From assembly GCA_024679065.1 (NCBI GenBank), contig JAGIQG010000003.1:84630001-84694000 (forward strand): a stretch of 64,000 nucleotides of DNA. The letters run 5' to 3'. How positions within the stretch are numbered: position 1 is the stretch's first letter; every line of letters starts with the position of its first letter. Positions 1-12,407 of the stretch are shown here, piece by piece. The notes under the pieces are model-generated. The model saw only the letters and a list, made by a program, of their open reading frames with translations, was not told the origin of the DNA and searched no databases. The DNA comes from Sphyrna mokarran. Its lineage: Eukaryota. A program made the position numbers and the translations under genes.

Positions 1-757
1 TGTAATTTTTGGAAGCTCACTCAATTTACATTTATTCCTGCCAATCCTGATACAATAGTGTATTTTCAACTCGTTACCAAACATGCAAAACTTTCTGTAC
101 CAAAGCACATGATTACTCTTAATGGTTTCTGAAATATGACACTTGAGATATGAATATGTGGTACAAACAAACTGCAACTAATTGTTCCTTCAGTGTTTTG
201 AGGATGGGTTTCTCTAAGTGTTTTATCATTGCCTTCCTGTCATTGTGGTGGTGTCTCTCTGGATTCTGACTTCAAGGCCATCAAAATCATCAGTACCAAA
301 CTTAGTTGGCTATTTTTAGTGGGTGAACTGTTAGAAGGCTATTTGGTCATGAGTGACATGAGCATAATCCTCTTTCACCTGAGAAGCGCAGGTATGTATT
401 CCCAACAGTGGGTTAGTGGTATGCGATGCAGAGCAGCAACCCTAGTTAAATTGTTTTCCTTGGGTCTTTACCTTCTTGAGGGTCAGTGAGGCAATTATCA
501 TGTCCCATCTGCCACCCTGGCTGAAGCCAACGAGTTTGATCCAACCCTGGATAAAACCTTGGCCTTCAGTTCAGACAGAGTCTGCCTCAGTTGGCTGAGC
601 CATTTGTGGCAGCCTCATTCTCATTGTCATTTTCATATTCATTTAATAATAATCAGCTGAGTCTCAGACTTTCAGCAATGCTGCCCCATGAGCAACAACG
701 ATTTGCTTTCCCTTGAAGCTTGTACAGTAACCTCAAGGTAATTGTGACTGAGAACAT

Positions 758-2558
758 GAACAAAGAACAAAACAGCACAGGAAACAGGCCCTTCAGCCCA
801 ATGAGCCTGCGCCGCCACCCCGATGTTCCCACCTCTACCCACGATCCCTGCCCATGTTTATAGATCTATGGATTAAAAACCAAATTTAAGACAATTTAGG
901 GAGAATTTGTTTTGCCAATTAGCCTAAGAGCACATCTTTGGGATGTGGGAGGAAACTGGAGCACCCAGAGAAAACCCACGCACGCACGGGGAGAATGCGC
1001 AAACTCCCACAGACACAGGCCCAAATCCATGTATCTGCACAGCACAGCAATAGTCACTGAGCTGTTGTGTTGCCCATCAGATGGTCCAGGTCAAGCATAC
1101 ACTAACGACGTGAAGCAGTAGGATACTCTCAAAAGATCCAAGAACAGTCGTCTCACGATCCATTGCATGTATGCCCCTTGTTAGACAACAAGGTGGACCA
1201 AAGCACCTGTAGGATAAAAACAAGTACATCAATATCATCATCTATTTACTCATCAGTTTTCTATACCCCTCCATTCTCATTCTGTTCATGTGCCCATCTA
1301 AGTATTTCTTAATTAACTCCAGAGTACCTGCCTCCACCTCTTTACTTGGCAGCGCATTCCATACCCCCACCACCCTCTGTGTGGAAAAAACTCCCCCTAG
1401 CATCCAAATTATACCTTACCCCCCTCACCCTAAGCCCGTGACCCCTCGTGCTATTTGAGTCCATCCTAGGAAAAAGCTTAGCCCTGTTTACTCTATCTAT
1501 CCCCTTCAAAATCTTGTACACCTCTATCAGATCTCCTCTAAGTCTACGTCTTTCTAAGGAAAACAGTCCCAATTTGCTTAATCTCTCCTCGTAACTCAGA
1601 CCTTCCATATCAGGAAGCATCCTGGTAAACCTCCTCTGCACTCTCTCCAGAGTCTCCACGTCTTCCGGTAGTAAGGCGACCAGAACTGGACGCAGTATTT
1701 CAAATGAGGTCTAACCAGCGTTTTATACAACTGCAACATTAAAGGCCAGCTCTTGTACTGTATACCCCTTCCTATAAAGACTAGCATACTATATGCTTTC
1801 TTCACAACCTTCTCCACTTGCTCTGCCACCTTCAGAGACTTGTTCACTTGCATCCCCAGGTCCCTCTGCGTTTCTATACTCTTAATAGGTCTACCCTTTA
1901 TCATATACCTCCCCCCTACATTCTTTCTCCCGAAATGCATCACCTCACATTTATGAGGATTGAATTCATCTGCCACCTGTCTGCCCAAGCTACCAGCCTA
2001 CCTATGTCCTGCTGCATCGCCTGACAATGCTCCTCACTATCAGCAAGTCTAGCCATCTTTGTATTGTCTGCAAACTTGCTGATCACTCCACTTACTCCCT
2101 CTTCCAAGTCATTTATGTATATTACAAATAGATGAGGTCCAAGTACCGAGCCCTGTGGCACACCATTAGTGACTGACCTCCAGCTAGAGAAACTCCCTTC
2201 CACTATTACTCTGTCTCCTATTACCAAGCCAGTTACTTATCCATCTAGCTACTGTCCTTGTATCCCATTTGCCTTGACCTTCTCGACTAACCTCCCATGA
2301 GGGACTTTGTCAAACGCCTTACTAAAATCCACATAGACGACATCAATGGCTCGCCCTTCGTCCACCGTTTTTGTCACCTCCTCAAAAAATTCTACCAGAT
2401 TTGTAAGGCACGACCTCCCCTTAACAAATCCATGCTGCGGATCCCTAATCAGATCGCAACGCTCTCAGTGCCTATACGTCCTATCTCTAAGAATCCCCTC
2501 CAACAGCTTCCCTACCACTGACGTCAAACTCACCGGCCTATAATTTCCAGGGTTATCC
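758..2558 (-). mobile_element. 5'-truncated CR1-type LINE with V-SINE-containing 3'UTR (composite family, copy 1)
   Basis: frameshifted RT fragments ([37 protein letters not shown]), then a long 3'UTR with V-SINE core and (TTTGTTC)n tail. Confidence 0.9.
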
Positions 2559-2889
2559 AATAGGAGTAGGTCTATCAACATAAGCTATTCAACATACACC
2601 TGCTTTTCCCAGCATTCAGTTAGGTCCTGACTGACCGAGGCCTCATTCATTTATCTGCATTGGCTCCAAATTCCTTTACTTAACCCAATAAAAGCTTATC
2701 AATCTCAGTTTTGAAAGCTCCAGTTGGCTGATTATTCACAGCTTTTTGAGTTCCAGATTTGTACTGCTTCTTGTTATGGATGAAGTGGTTCCTAATTTCA
2801 TTCTGATCCAGCATGGTGTAATAGGATTTCAGCATAAATTGTGTTGTAAACATTTCTGGATGGCTTGAATCCTAAGCTGAACTTTTAGA

Positions 2890-3495
2890 AAAATAAGATA
2901 CATATGATTCTTAAGGGTCTTGACAAGGTAGATGCTGAGAGATTGTTTCTCTTGTGGGTGAGTTTAGAACCAGAGGCATAATCTGAGTGAGGAGTCATCA
3001 TTTAAGACAAAAATGGGAAGGAATTTCTTCTGATGATAGTGAATGTGTGGAATTTGTAGCAGATGCCTCTAAAGCCTGGACTGCTAAGCAAAAAACCTCA
3101 CTGTGCTGTCTGGAGAAAATACACAATTCTCTAACCAATGCTCAGGATTCCCTTCACACACATTGTTAGCCACTTTAACACTTGAATAGCAGGTTAGATG
3201 TAAGGATTCGCATTCTAATCAGCAATCTCTGACTGTCTGTGCTGATATGTGCTATTGCAGACCAGAACGCTGCATTTGCCTGAGGAAGACACAGAGTGTT
3301 GAAAGCTCGCAATTTTACTATCAAATAAATCGGTTGGATTAAAAATTGGTGTTGCTAAATTCTTACAAGGTTGAGATGGACAGATTATTAATCTATAAGG
3401 GAATTTGGGGTTATGGGGATAAGGCAAGAAAGTGGAGTTGAGGATTATCATCATCAGATCAATTGTGATCTTATTGAATGGCCTATTTCAGCTCT
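2890..3495 (+). mobile_element. old CR1 3'-end remnant (interrupted)
   Basis: aagggtcttgacaaggtagatgctgagagattgttt...gatcttattgaatgg, typical CR1 terminal segment. Confidence 0.55.
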
Positions 3496-3899
3496 TAAAA
3501 GGGGCCTGTGCTTTAGAACTGTTTTATGATCGGAGTGAATAAGGCTCAATGGATGACAGGAGCTACCGAGTTGTCAGAGCAGGTGATGTGAAAAATTTCT
3601 TCACCCATTGTCAATCCAAAATATATTGCTGTGAAATGCTTAATGTTAGAACTTTCTTCTCAAATTTTCTTTCTGCAGTTGGCATTGTGCAGTTTCACAG
3701 GTATAGGCCACCTTCTGGTACTTCTACCAAGAGGCCATTGGTGAGCCTTGACATTGAATTTGGAGGGATTGAATGTATAAGATGAAATTCACTAATCTGT
3801 GGATTCACTCAAACACTCATATAATTAATTTTAGTACAACTATTTTGTTTAATGTGCCCTCCTATAATATGTCCTATTAAATTGTACATCTAGCTTTGA

Positions 3900-4068
3900 T
3901 TGGCCATTCCAACCATTATTTCATAAATTGCGTTTGTGTCTTTATATGCCCTGTTTGTGAACAGAACTCCCACTAACCTGATGAAGGAGCAGCACTCTGA
4001 AAGCTAGTGGCTTGTACTACCAAATAAACCTGTTGGACTTTTAACCTAATGTTGTGAGACTTCTTACT
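3900..4068 (+). mobile_element. Penelope-like element terminal repeat fragment
   Basis: matches the termini at 56002-56267, 57393-57642 and 9473-9638 (aaataaacctgttggactt(t)aacc..gttgtgagacttcttact). Confidence 0.8.
3971..4010 (+). ncRNA. minimal hammerhead-ribozyme motif (Penelope type), core intact
   Basis: CTGATGA-A-GGAG(cagca)CTCT-GAAA-GC-TA-GTG: CUGANGA and GAAA core, stem II with one G.U pair, palindromic AGCT stem III. Confidence 0.6.
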
Positions 4069-4591
4069 TGATAGGACCAGCAACTGATTTTCTTTCTAAT
4101 AAAGGATAGAAAACTTACTCTGGCCTTTCCTTTAGGTTTTTGCCAAGTGGTATGGGTTGAGGCCTTGAATCTCTGGGGCTACTACAGCACTGACCAAAGT
4201 CCAAGAATCATTGCACAGTGCTAGAAGAGGCCATGCAGCAGGCTGGCATGGTAGCCAAGTCTTCATAACTTCTGAATGAGACTGACTAAAGATTCAAATC
4301 TACCAATGGTCACCAGCAGAGGGCTTGAAGTTCTGAGGTCACCAGATTGTTATCATAAAATGGTGATAAGTCCCCAATTATTACTTAATTGGTTTTATGC
4401 TGAAACAATGAGAAGTGGGAATTTTGAGAATAAAAGCCTTAAAGGTAATGAACAAACATATCTTCCCTGCCTTGGAGCTTAGTGGCCAGGGAAAAGAAAA
4501 TATAGAATTGTCTCAATCTGATCATTGAAGTTAAACTAAATGAACCCTCTAGGTACTACCTGCAGTCAATAAACATTTGCTGCTGTTCTAG

Positions 4592-4715
4592 GTTTAGCTC
4601 TATCTGCCAATGTGTGCAAGAAGATTACTGGACGCCTGACAAGTGCTATCGCCAAGCAAGAGGATGTGTCTGTCCAGCTGGAGGCTTTGGATATACTATC
4701 TGATATGCTGAGCAG
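4592..4715 (+). CDS. CAND2: CAND exon (homologous exon 4), 124 nt
   Basis: ttctag|GT TTA GCT ... CTG AGC AG|gtaaac; encodes [40 protein letters not shown]; missed by the ORF track. Confidence 0.95.
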
Positions 4716-5439
4716 GTAAACTACAAAGTATCATAGACAAAGGAGTTCCAATTATTATGGTGTGAAGAAGGAACAGTATTGTAATAACACACAGGTGTGG
4801 TGTTATATGGAGTAATATTCTTCATGCTGTTAGACTGATATTGTACCAATTTTTAGTGGCTCACAAGGATACTATTAAAAGTAATTTATTCTGTGGTATA
4901 TATGGGGCGTTAGCTCGTATGAGATATCCTAGAGTTAAATTCAGTTGTTGTACATATTAGATAATGGTCTACACTAAAAATCAACAGCCATAATCATTGT
5001 GATGGTGGGAGACAAGGATGATGTTGGTGAATATCCACTAATGCAAAGGAAGAAATGGTGAGAAAATGCTGGGATCAGTTGGCATGAGAACCTGCACGAG
5101 GTGTTATCTTATGAATTTGACATCAGATCCAGTTCGTCTGTCCAGGATGTTGCTCAGAGGTTCTTAATGTCTGAGAAGAGGTGGGGTGGGGAATGTTTGA
5201 GCATGTTCCATTTTTTTACGTTGATATGCAGTCCCAGTCCTCTGCTTGAGAAGCAGTGCAAGCTGAACAAAAAGACAGAGGTCAGGTGATACAGAAAGTA
5301 AAAGCTCAATCAAAAAGTCATAATCATAACCCGGAAAAATCAGGCATTGTCATTTCACAGTGCACCTTGCAGAGCTACAATTTGCATGTCTATGCCTTAA
5401 TTGCCCACCTGTTACTGGATTGCTCCTACCAAAAAACTG

Positions 5440-6115
5440 ATACATAAAAAAAGAAAGCAAGCTCTTATTTGCTTAGCACTTTTAACAAAGCAGCCCAAAA
5501 TACTTCAGAAGCGTAATCAGCCAAATAGAAATGGCAGCCAAAGGAGGTGACATTATAGCAGGTGAGCAAAAGCTTGGTCAAGGTGATAGGTTTTAAGAAA
5601 CATTTGAAATAGAGAAGTGAAGAGATTTAGAGAGGCAATTTTGGAGTTGGGCCTATAATTGGAGGTACCACCACAGGTCTGGGAATAAAAGATGTTGTTT
5701 ATGTGCGAGAGGCCAGAATTGGAGGAACAAAAAATGAGGGTTATAATGCTGATAGAGGTTACAGAGATAGGGCCAAGAGCAAGGAGGGATTAGAGCGTGA
5801 GGAGTAGAATTTGAAATTTGAGGTACCATACGATAGTGAAATAACAAATGGCATCAATGAGGGTTTCGGCTGGATCTGTGCTGAGGAATGCTATCAAGGT
5901 GGAATGGTGATGGTGAGTTTATGGAGATAGAAACTCTGCTTGCTCACATATAAAATATGCAGATTGCAAACAATCTGGTTCATTCTCAGACTGTGGTCAG
6001 GGAATGGGATGAAAATGGAATTTGTGGAACATTCCAAGACAATAGCTTTGGCATTCTGAATGTTTAATTGGAAGAAATGTCTACTCATCCAGTGCTGAAT
6101 GTTGTACAAAACTTA
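5440..6115 (-). mobile_element. decayed L2-type LINE 3' fragment
   Basis: minus-strand translation IQHWMSRHFFQLNI..KAIV resembles L2 ORF2 (WMS.NFLQLN..KTE); L2-like tail near 5450-5520. Confidence 0.6.
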
Positions 6116-6254
6116 ATATTCTAACTATGCTGCTTTTCTATGGCATTTCTAATATCAATGCAAAACCATCTTGGTTGGAGGACCTTTAGTCATTCTTTTT
6201 TAAAAGAAAAAATGATTAAAATGTGTAAGGTTGAGTGATAAGCAAGATGCTGGA

Positions 6255-6545
6255 AATCTAGAACGAAGGGGTACTGGTGTGACTTTTTAAAAATAAGGGT
6301 CCCCATTTAAGACTGAAATAAGGAGGAATTTGATAATTTCAGTGTTGTTTGTGTTTGGAATTCTCATTGAGTAGTGGAGGTTGAGTCGTTCGATATTCCA
6401 GGTTTGACAATTTTTGATAAGGTAGTCAAAGGTTGTGGGGGACAGGCAAGGAAGTACTGTTAAGGCCACAGTCCTATTAGCTGTGATCTTATTGAATGGC
6501 AGAGTAGGCTTGAGGGATCAGATGGCCCACTACTGCTCTTATTTC
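6255..6545 (+). mobile_element. CR1 3'-end remnant
   Basis: ccatttaagactgaaataaggaggaattt...gatcttattgaatggcagagtaggcttgaggg..ggcccactactgctcttatttc. Confidence 0.7.
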
Positions 6546-8217
6546 ATAAACCTTAATGGTCCTAAGTGCCTACAATGGCTGGCCTCCTAAGCACAAATAT
6601 TGGTTGTAATGGAAGAGTAGCTGCTGAGCAGATTTCAGGTTCTATTCTGGAATGCACTGGACCACTTAGAGGAGAGCACAACTTGCTTCCTAATAAATGA
6701 TAAATATTTCTGTTTGTGTGGCCACACTTGGATTGTTTGTGAAGGGTGGAGGCAGGTATTGCTGAGATCTCTGCAGATTTCCTGTCCTGCAGGAGGAATA
6801 ACATGAGGTTGGGACTGATTCAAGGGATCCATAACTCAAGCTGGGCTGATGGTATCTAAGAAATCTTAAGAAAGATTACCTGTATCTAGTTACCCTGGAG
6901 CAGTTAATGGCAACATCTCCTAATGATAGTTGCTTTTACAACCTCTGCAGGGGTCATTAACAGTTCACTCCTTACTATAGGATTGTAGTCCTGTTTAGGG
7001 CAGACCAGATTAGGATGTCAAGTTCCCTTCCCTGAACCAGTTCAGTTTTTAACAACAATCAAGTAGCTGTTGTGTACTGTTTATTTCCATTACAGATCAT
7101 CTCGGTTCTGACAGTTTAAAAGTCACATTGGCAAAAGGTAGATCCAGAACTCTGAGTGGCTCTTGTTCCCATTACAACTCACCCTTTTACTTATTTTTAC
7201 TTGTATGTCTGCCTCCAGACACATGTGCTCACAAGCACATGCTGAGCAGTTTGGAGCTGCTACCAACACTATTCAGTGCTCCTTTGCCCCCCCACACGCT
7301 ATACAGTTCCTTTGAGGATCTCGGGTTGTTTCATTGTTTCTAATGATTAATAACATTTGTTTTAAATAGCAGTCACTTGTGCTACCGGAAAACTGGCAGC
7401 CAATTTGCATGCACAGGCACACGATTGTAGGAGAGGTAAGTGACAGTTTTAACAATGTCTTTGAGGAATACATATTGATCAGGAGAGAAGCAGTGATGTC
7501 CTCTGTACTATATGGTTTGCTTGCACCAAGGAGAAAGCTCTTGCTCTTTAAAATAGTGCAGTGACCATAAGACACAGGAGTAGAATTAGACCACTCGGCC
7601 CATTGAGTCTGCTCCGCCAATCATGGCTGATATTTTTCTCATCCTTGTTCTGTTTTTCCCCATAATCCCTGACCTTTTATTAATCAAAAACCTATTTATC
7701 TCTGTCTTAAAGACACTCAATGACCTGTCCTCTACAGTCTTCTGCAGCAAAGAGTTCCATAGATTTACTACTCTGGCTGAAGAACTCCTTCCTCATCTCT
7801 GTTTTGAAGGATTGTCCCTTCAGCTGAAGTTGTGCCGCCTTGTTCTAGTTTTTCCTACTAGTGAAACATTCTTCCCACGTCCGCTCTATACAGGCCTTGC
7901 AGTTTCCTGTGTTTCAATAAGATCCCCCCCTGCATCCTTCTAACTCTACTGTGTACAGACCCAGAGTGCTCAACTGTTCCTCATACAACAAGCTCTTAAT
8001 TCCAGGGATCACTTTGATGAACTTTCTCTGGACCCTTTCTAAGGCCAGCATATCCATCCTTATGTATGGGTCGAAAACTGCTCACAATACTCCAAATGGA
8101 GTCTGATCAGAGCCTTAAACAACGTCAAAAGTTACATCCCTGCTTTTGTATTCTAGCTTTCTTGAAGGATGCTAACATTGTATTTGCCTTCCTAATTGCC
8201 AACTGAACCTGCATGTT

Positions 8218-8826
8218 GGAGTTATTTAAGAAACGCTTAGATGGGTACATGAACAGAATGGGAATGGAGGGGTATAGAAAACTAATTTAAAATGGGGATC
8301 ATGAGCCTTGGGAGTCCCTGGGAAGTGTGTAAATAGATGATGATATTGATGTACTTGTTTTTATCCTATAGGTGCTTTGGTCCATCTTGTTGTCTAACAA
8401 GGGGCACGTACGAGATGGGTCGTGAAAGCGCTGCTCTTGGATTTTTTTTTCGAGAGTATCCTAGTGCTTCACATTGTTAGTGTATGCTTGACCTGGACCA
8501 TTTGATGGGCAACACGGCAGCTCAGTGTCTATCACTGTGCTGTGCAGATACATGGATTTGGGGCTGTGTCTGTGTGAGTTTGCGCATTCTCCCCATGCTT
8601 GCGTGGGTTTTCTCCGGGTGCTCCGGTTTCCTCCCACATCCCAAAGATGTGCTCTTAGGCTAATTGGCAAAACAAATTCTCCCTAAATTGTCTCAAATTT
8701 GGTTTTTAGTCCATAGATCTATAAACATAGACAGGGATCATGGGTAGAGGTAGGAACATCGGAGTGGCGGCACGGGCTCGTTGGGCAGAAGGGCCTGTTT
8801 CCTGTGCTGTTTTGTTCTTTGTTCTT
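8218..8826 (+). mobile_element. CR1/V-SINE composite 3' end (copy 2), nested in an older CR1
   Basis: ORF2 end ELFKKRLDGYMNRMGMEGYRKLI*, unique UTR, SINE segment ~8507-8692, tail gttttgttctttgttctt; host reads gcatgtt|aactt across the insert. Confidence 0.9.
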
Positions 8827-9470
8827 AACTTAAGAGAATTTTGAATGATGACTCCCAATTCTTTGTTTTTGATTTCCTAGCATTTTCCCATTTAGAAAAT
8901 AGTCTGTGCCTCCATTTTACCTTCCAAAGTGCATAACCTTACACTTTTCCACACTGTATTTCACTTTATCCACTCTCCTCACCTGTCCAAGTCTTCTGCA
9001 GCCCCCCACTTCCTCAATACTATCTGTCTCTGTACATAGCAACAGTGCTTTCAGTTCTTTCCTCCAAGTTGTTAATGCACGTTGTGAAATGTTGTGGTTC
9101 GAGCATTGACTCCTGAGGCACACCACGAGTCACCGGCAGCCACCCTGAAAAAGACCCCTTTATTCCCAATCTCTTTCTTCTGCCAGTAAGCCAATCCTCT
9201 AACTGTGCCAGAATCTTACCCTTAACACCATGACTGCTTAATTTATTTAACAGTGTCCTATGCGGCAGCTTGTCAAAGGCCTTCTGGAAATCTAAATAAG
9301 TAACGTCCACTGGTTCTCCTTTATCTAACTTTCTTGTTATCTCGTCAAAGAATGCTAACAGATTTGTCAGACGTGATCTCTCCTTGGCAAAGCTGTGCTG
9401 ACTTAGTCCTACTTTATCTTGCACTTCCAAGTACTCTGCGATCTCATCTTTAGTTATGGACTCAAAATCT

Positions 9471-9668
9471 TGGTAAGAAGTCTCACAACACCAGGTTAAA
9501 GTCCAAAAGGTTTGTTTGGTGGCACAAGCTTTTGGAGTCCGATTCCTCATTCACCTGAAGAACGAGCCTAAAACTTTGAAAGCTTGTGCTGCCAAATAAA
9601 CCTATTGGACTTTAACCTGGTGTTGTGAGACTACTTACAGTGCATACCCCAGTTCAACACATCATGTC
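9471..9668. mobile_element. fold-back mini-element built from two Penelope termini
   Basis: arms 9473-9537 and ~9574-9638 are reverse complements; flanked by a degenerate duplication actcaaaatctt / gtctaaaatatt of the host CR1. Confidence 0.8.
9552..9588 (+). ncRNA. minimal hammerhead-ribozyme motif, stem II degenerate
   Basis: CAC-CTGAAGA-A-CGAG(cctaaaa)CTTT-GAAA-GC-TT-GTG. Confidence 0.5.
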
Positions 9669-10799
9669 TAAAATATTGCTAAAGTCAGGCTAACTGGCCT
9701 ATAATTTCCTGTCTGCTGCCTCCCTCCCTTTTTAAACAGTGTTGTTTCATTAGCTACTTTCCAGTCTTCTGGTGCCCTCCCTGCTCCAATGATTCCTGAA
9801 AGATCACCATCAATGCCTCTTAAGATTTCCTCAGCTATTTCTTTTAGAGCTCTGGAGTGTAGTCCATCGGTCCAGGTAATTTATCCACCTTCAGAATTTT
9901 CAGTTTTCCCAGAACCTTCTCCTTAGTGATGGCCGCTACACTTACCTGTGCCTCCTGACTCTCCTGGAGTTCTGGCATCCCACTGGTGCCTTCCACCATG
10001 AAGATTGATGCAGAGTAACTATTCAGTTCCTCTACCATTGCTTTGTTTCCTATTATGACAGCCTCATTTTCCAATGGTTCCATGGCTTTTTTTTGCCTGT
10101 CTCTTTGCTTTTTATATATTGGGAAAAAAAACTTCCTATTTTCTTTTATATTACTAACTCGCTTATACTCGTATTTCATCATCATTATCATCCCCCCCGC
10201 GTCATTTTGCATTTTGAATTGTCGTCTGCTGTTTTTTAAAGGCTTCCCAATTCTCTGGCTTTCCATTAATCCTTGCCACTTTGTACGCTTTTCCTTTTGC
10301 TTTTATGCTGTCTTTGACTTCCCTTGTCAGCCATTGATGCTTTGTCTTCCCTTCAGCATGTTTCCTCCTCCTTGGCATGAATTTCAGTTCTGACTCCTGA
10401 ATAACTCTCAAACTCCTGACATTGGTGTCCTGATGTCTTCCCTGCTAGGCTCCCTTTTCAGTCAACTCTGGCTAGCTCCTTTCTCATGTCTTGTAGTTAC
10501 CTTCATTTAATTGTAATTCCATTACATCTGATTCCAGCTTCCCCCCATCAAACTATAAAATCTATCGTATTGTGATCACTACTCCCTCAGGGTTCTTTCA
10601 CCTTAAGTTCCCTAATCAAGCCTGCCTCATTACACATTACTAAATCCAGAATTGCCTGTTCCCTAGTAGGCTCTGTCACAAGTTGCTCCAAAAACCCATT
10701 CCACAAATTTTTTTTCTTGGGATTCACTACCTACTTGATTTCCCGCATGATTATTGTAATGTTCCCTTTTTTTTTTGTGCCTTTTCTGTCTCCTGATTA

Positions 10800-10985
10800 A
10801 TGGGATCTTTCACTTCTACCTGAAAAGGCAGACTGGTAAATGTCTCATTCAAATGATAACACCTCTGACACCTCTAGCACTGACTGCACTAGACTGTCAG
10901 ATTATTCCATCTGCTCAAGTCTCTGAAGTTGGACATAGCCTACAGTGTGCACAGAGGTGAGAGCAATAACCTCCTGAAATCATGG
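10800..10985 (-). mobile_element. Deu-domain/tRNA SINE remnant (SacSINE1-like)
   Basis: tgggatctttcacttctacctgaaaaggcagac...ctcaagtctctgaagttggac; related copies at ~36230-36540, ~37400-37660, ~60620-60950 and ~31660-31840. Confidence 0.55.
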
Positions 10986-11666
10986 CATATTACAATTGAG
11001 GTACTATGGAAATGGGCTAGCTCAGCATCCACATCATTATTGGATGGATTATACTAAAATAGAAGAACCTTGAATGTTATTGGAATATCTTCATTTGAAT
11101 TGTAGCTATTGGGCTAGCCTCACTGTGATAGCCTTTTCTTGCTGGAGAATTAATGCAGAAGTGCAAATCCAGCAGCAAACCATTATCCAGAATGTATTGC
11201 CCGAAAGCAGGCTAAGTAATATTTTTCGAAAGAGAATTTGATGTATACTCGAAAGGTTGAAAGGCTTTGGTGAAAGGGCAGGAAAATTGTATAGCTGCTT
11301 CAACAAACTGGCAAATGGCCTCCTGTGCTGTGATAGATATACAAGTAGGTTTATAAATGACTGGCATAGAGTCATCCTATACTATTCAAGGCAATACTAA
11401 TTTTTTCTTTCCAGGATCAGGGCTGATATTGATGAAGATCTCTTTCTGCCCATTTATGGCAGTATGGAACCCAGTTTGGGTGCACTAAACTGAGGATGGG
11501 TCCACAGCTGGCTGGTGTGAGAGATGGAAATGTCACACAGCTTTAGGTCAATATTTCCATGCTTAGAGCTGAAAGAGCTCAGTCAAACAAATGTGCTGTC
11601 TGATGTCAGTATACCTATAACTGGGGATTCTGCATTCTGAATGTGTCTTCATGTTTCCCGTTGCAG

Positions 11667-11923
11667 GTTGGGTGGGACCCTGATCACATTTCACTCCTCC
11701 ATTTTGAGCTGTCTGCTGCCTCAGCTGTCAAGCCCAAGGCTGGCTGTTCGCAAGAGAACTATCATTGCTCTGGGGCACCTGGTCATGAGCTGCAGCAGCT
11801 GTCTCTTCTCTGAGCTAATGGATCATTTACTGGTCGAACTGTCAAAAAATGAATCTACCTCCATGACTAGAACTTACATCCAGTGCACTGGTGCCATCAG
11901 TCGACAGGCTGGACATAGAGTTG
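11667..11923 (+). CDS. CAND2: CAND exon 5, 257 nt
   Basis: ttgcag|G TTG ... GTT G|gtgagt; [30 protein letters not shown]...RQAGHRV. Confidence 0.95.
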
Positions 11924-12064
11924 GTGAGTAACTGGCCTTAAATCTTACCTTTTATTATTTCAGTAACTTGAAAGGATTGTTTAACGTTATTGGACAAGCT
12001 TGCTTATGTACTCTCTACATGGATAAAATTATATGTTTCAAGGATTAGTAAACCATGGACCTCT

Positions 12065-12340
12065 TTCATATAATCTCCACAGTGCAGAAGGAGGCCACTC
12101 GGCTCATTGAGGCTGCACTGACCACAATCCCACCCCGGCCCAATCCCCATGGCCCCATCTATTTACTCTGCTCGTCCTGAGTCAATTTAACATGGCCAGT
12201 GCAACTAACCAGTACATCTTTGGATTGTGGGGAGAAACTGGAGCACCCAGATGAAACCCACGCAACATAGGGAGAACATGCTAACTCCACACAGACAGTG
12301 ACTCAAGCTGGAAATCAAACCCAGGTCCCTGGCACTGTGC
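12065..12340 (-). mobile_element. HE1/V-SINE
   Basis: reverse V-domain (ctttggattgtggggagaaactggagcacccagatgaaacccacgc), tRNA-like head at the right, CR1-type tail at the left. Confidence 0.8.
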
Positions 12341-12407
12341 ACTTACTGAGAACTTGCTATAATCTTGTAGAACAAGCTATGCACTATTTCTAACTAGTGC
12401 TGCACCT

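Larger units (their letters stand above)
7565..10745 (-). mobile_element. CR1 LINE (~2.4 kb, decayed) hosting two nested insertions
   Basis: RT motifs VDVTYLDFQKAFDKLPH, GVPQESML, KLPGP; interrupted at 8218-8826 and ~9471-9668. Confidence 0.88.

Noticed and set aside
912-1121. Near-identical small ORFs (MPISLRAHLWDVGGN...) at 912, 8461 and 22475 suggesting a small-protein family
   Set aside because: They are antisense translations of the SINE segment of the composite repeat; they differ by frameshifts and some use non-ATG starts.
4125-4260. Acceptor-like site (ctttcctttag) as a possible extra CAND exon
   Set aside because: All frames reach stops within ~90 nt, there is no clear donor and no CAND similarity.
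7399-7412. Perfect octamer ATTTGCAT
   Set aside because: It lies in ggcagccaatttgc, which resembles the decayed Deu-SINE segment; a single 8-mer is expected by chance.
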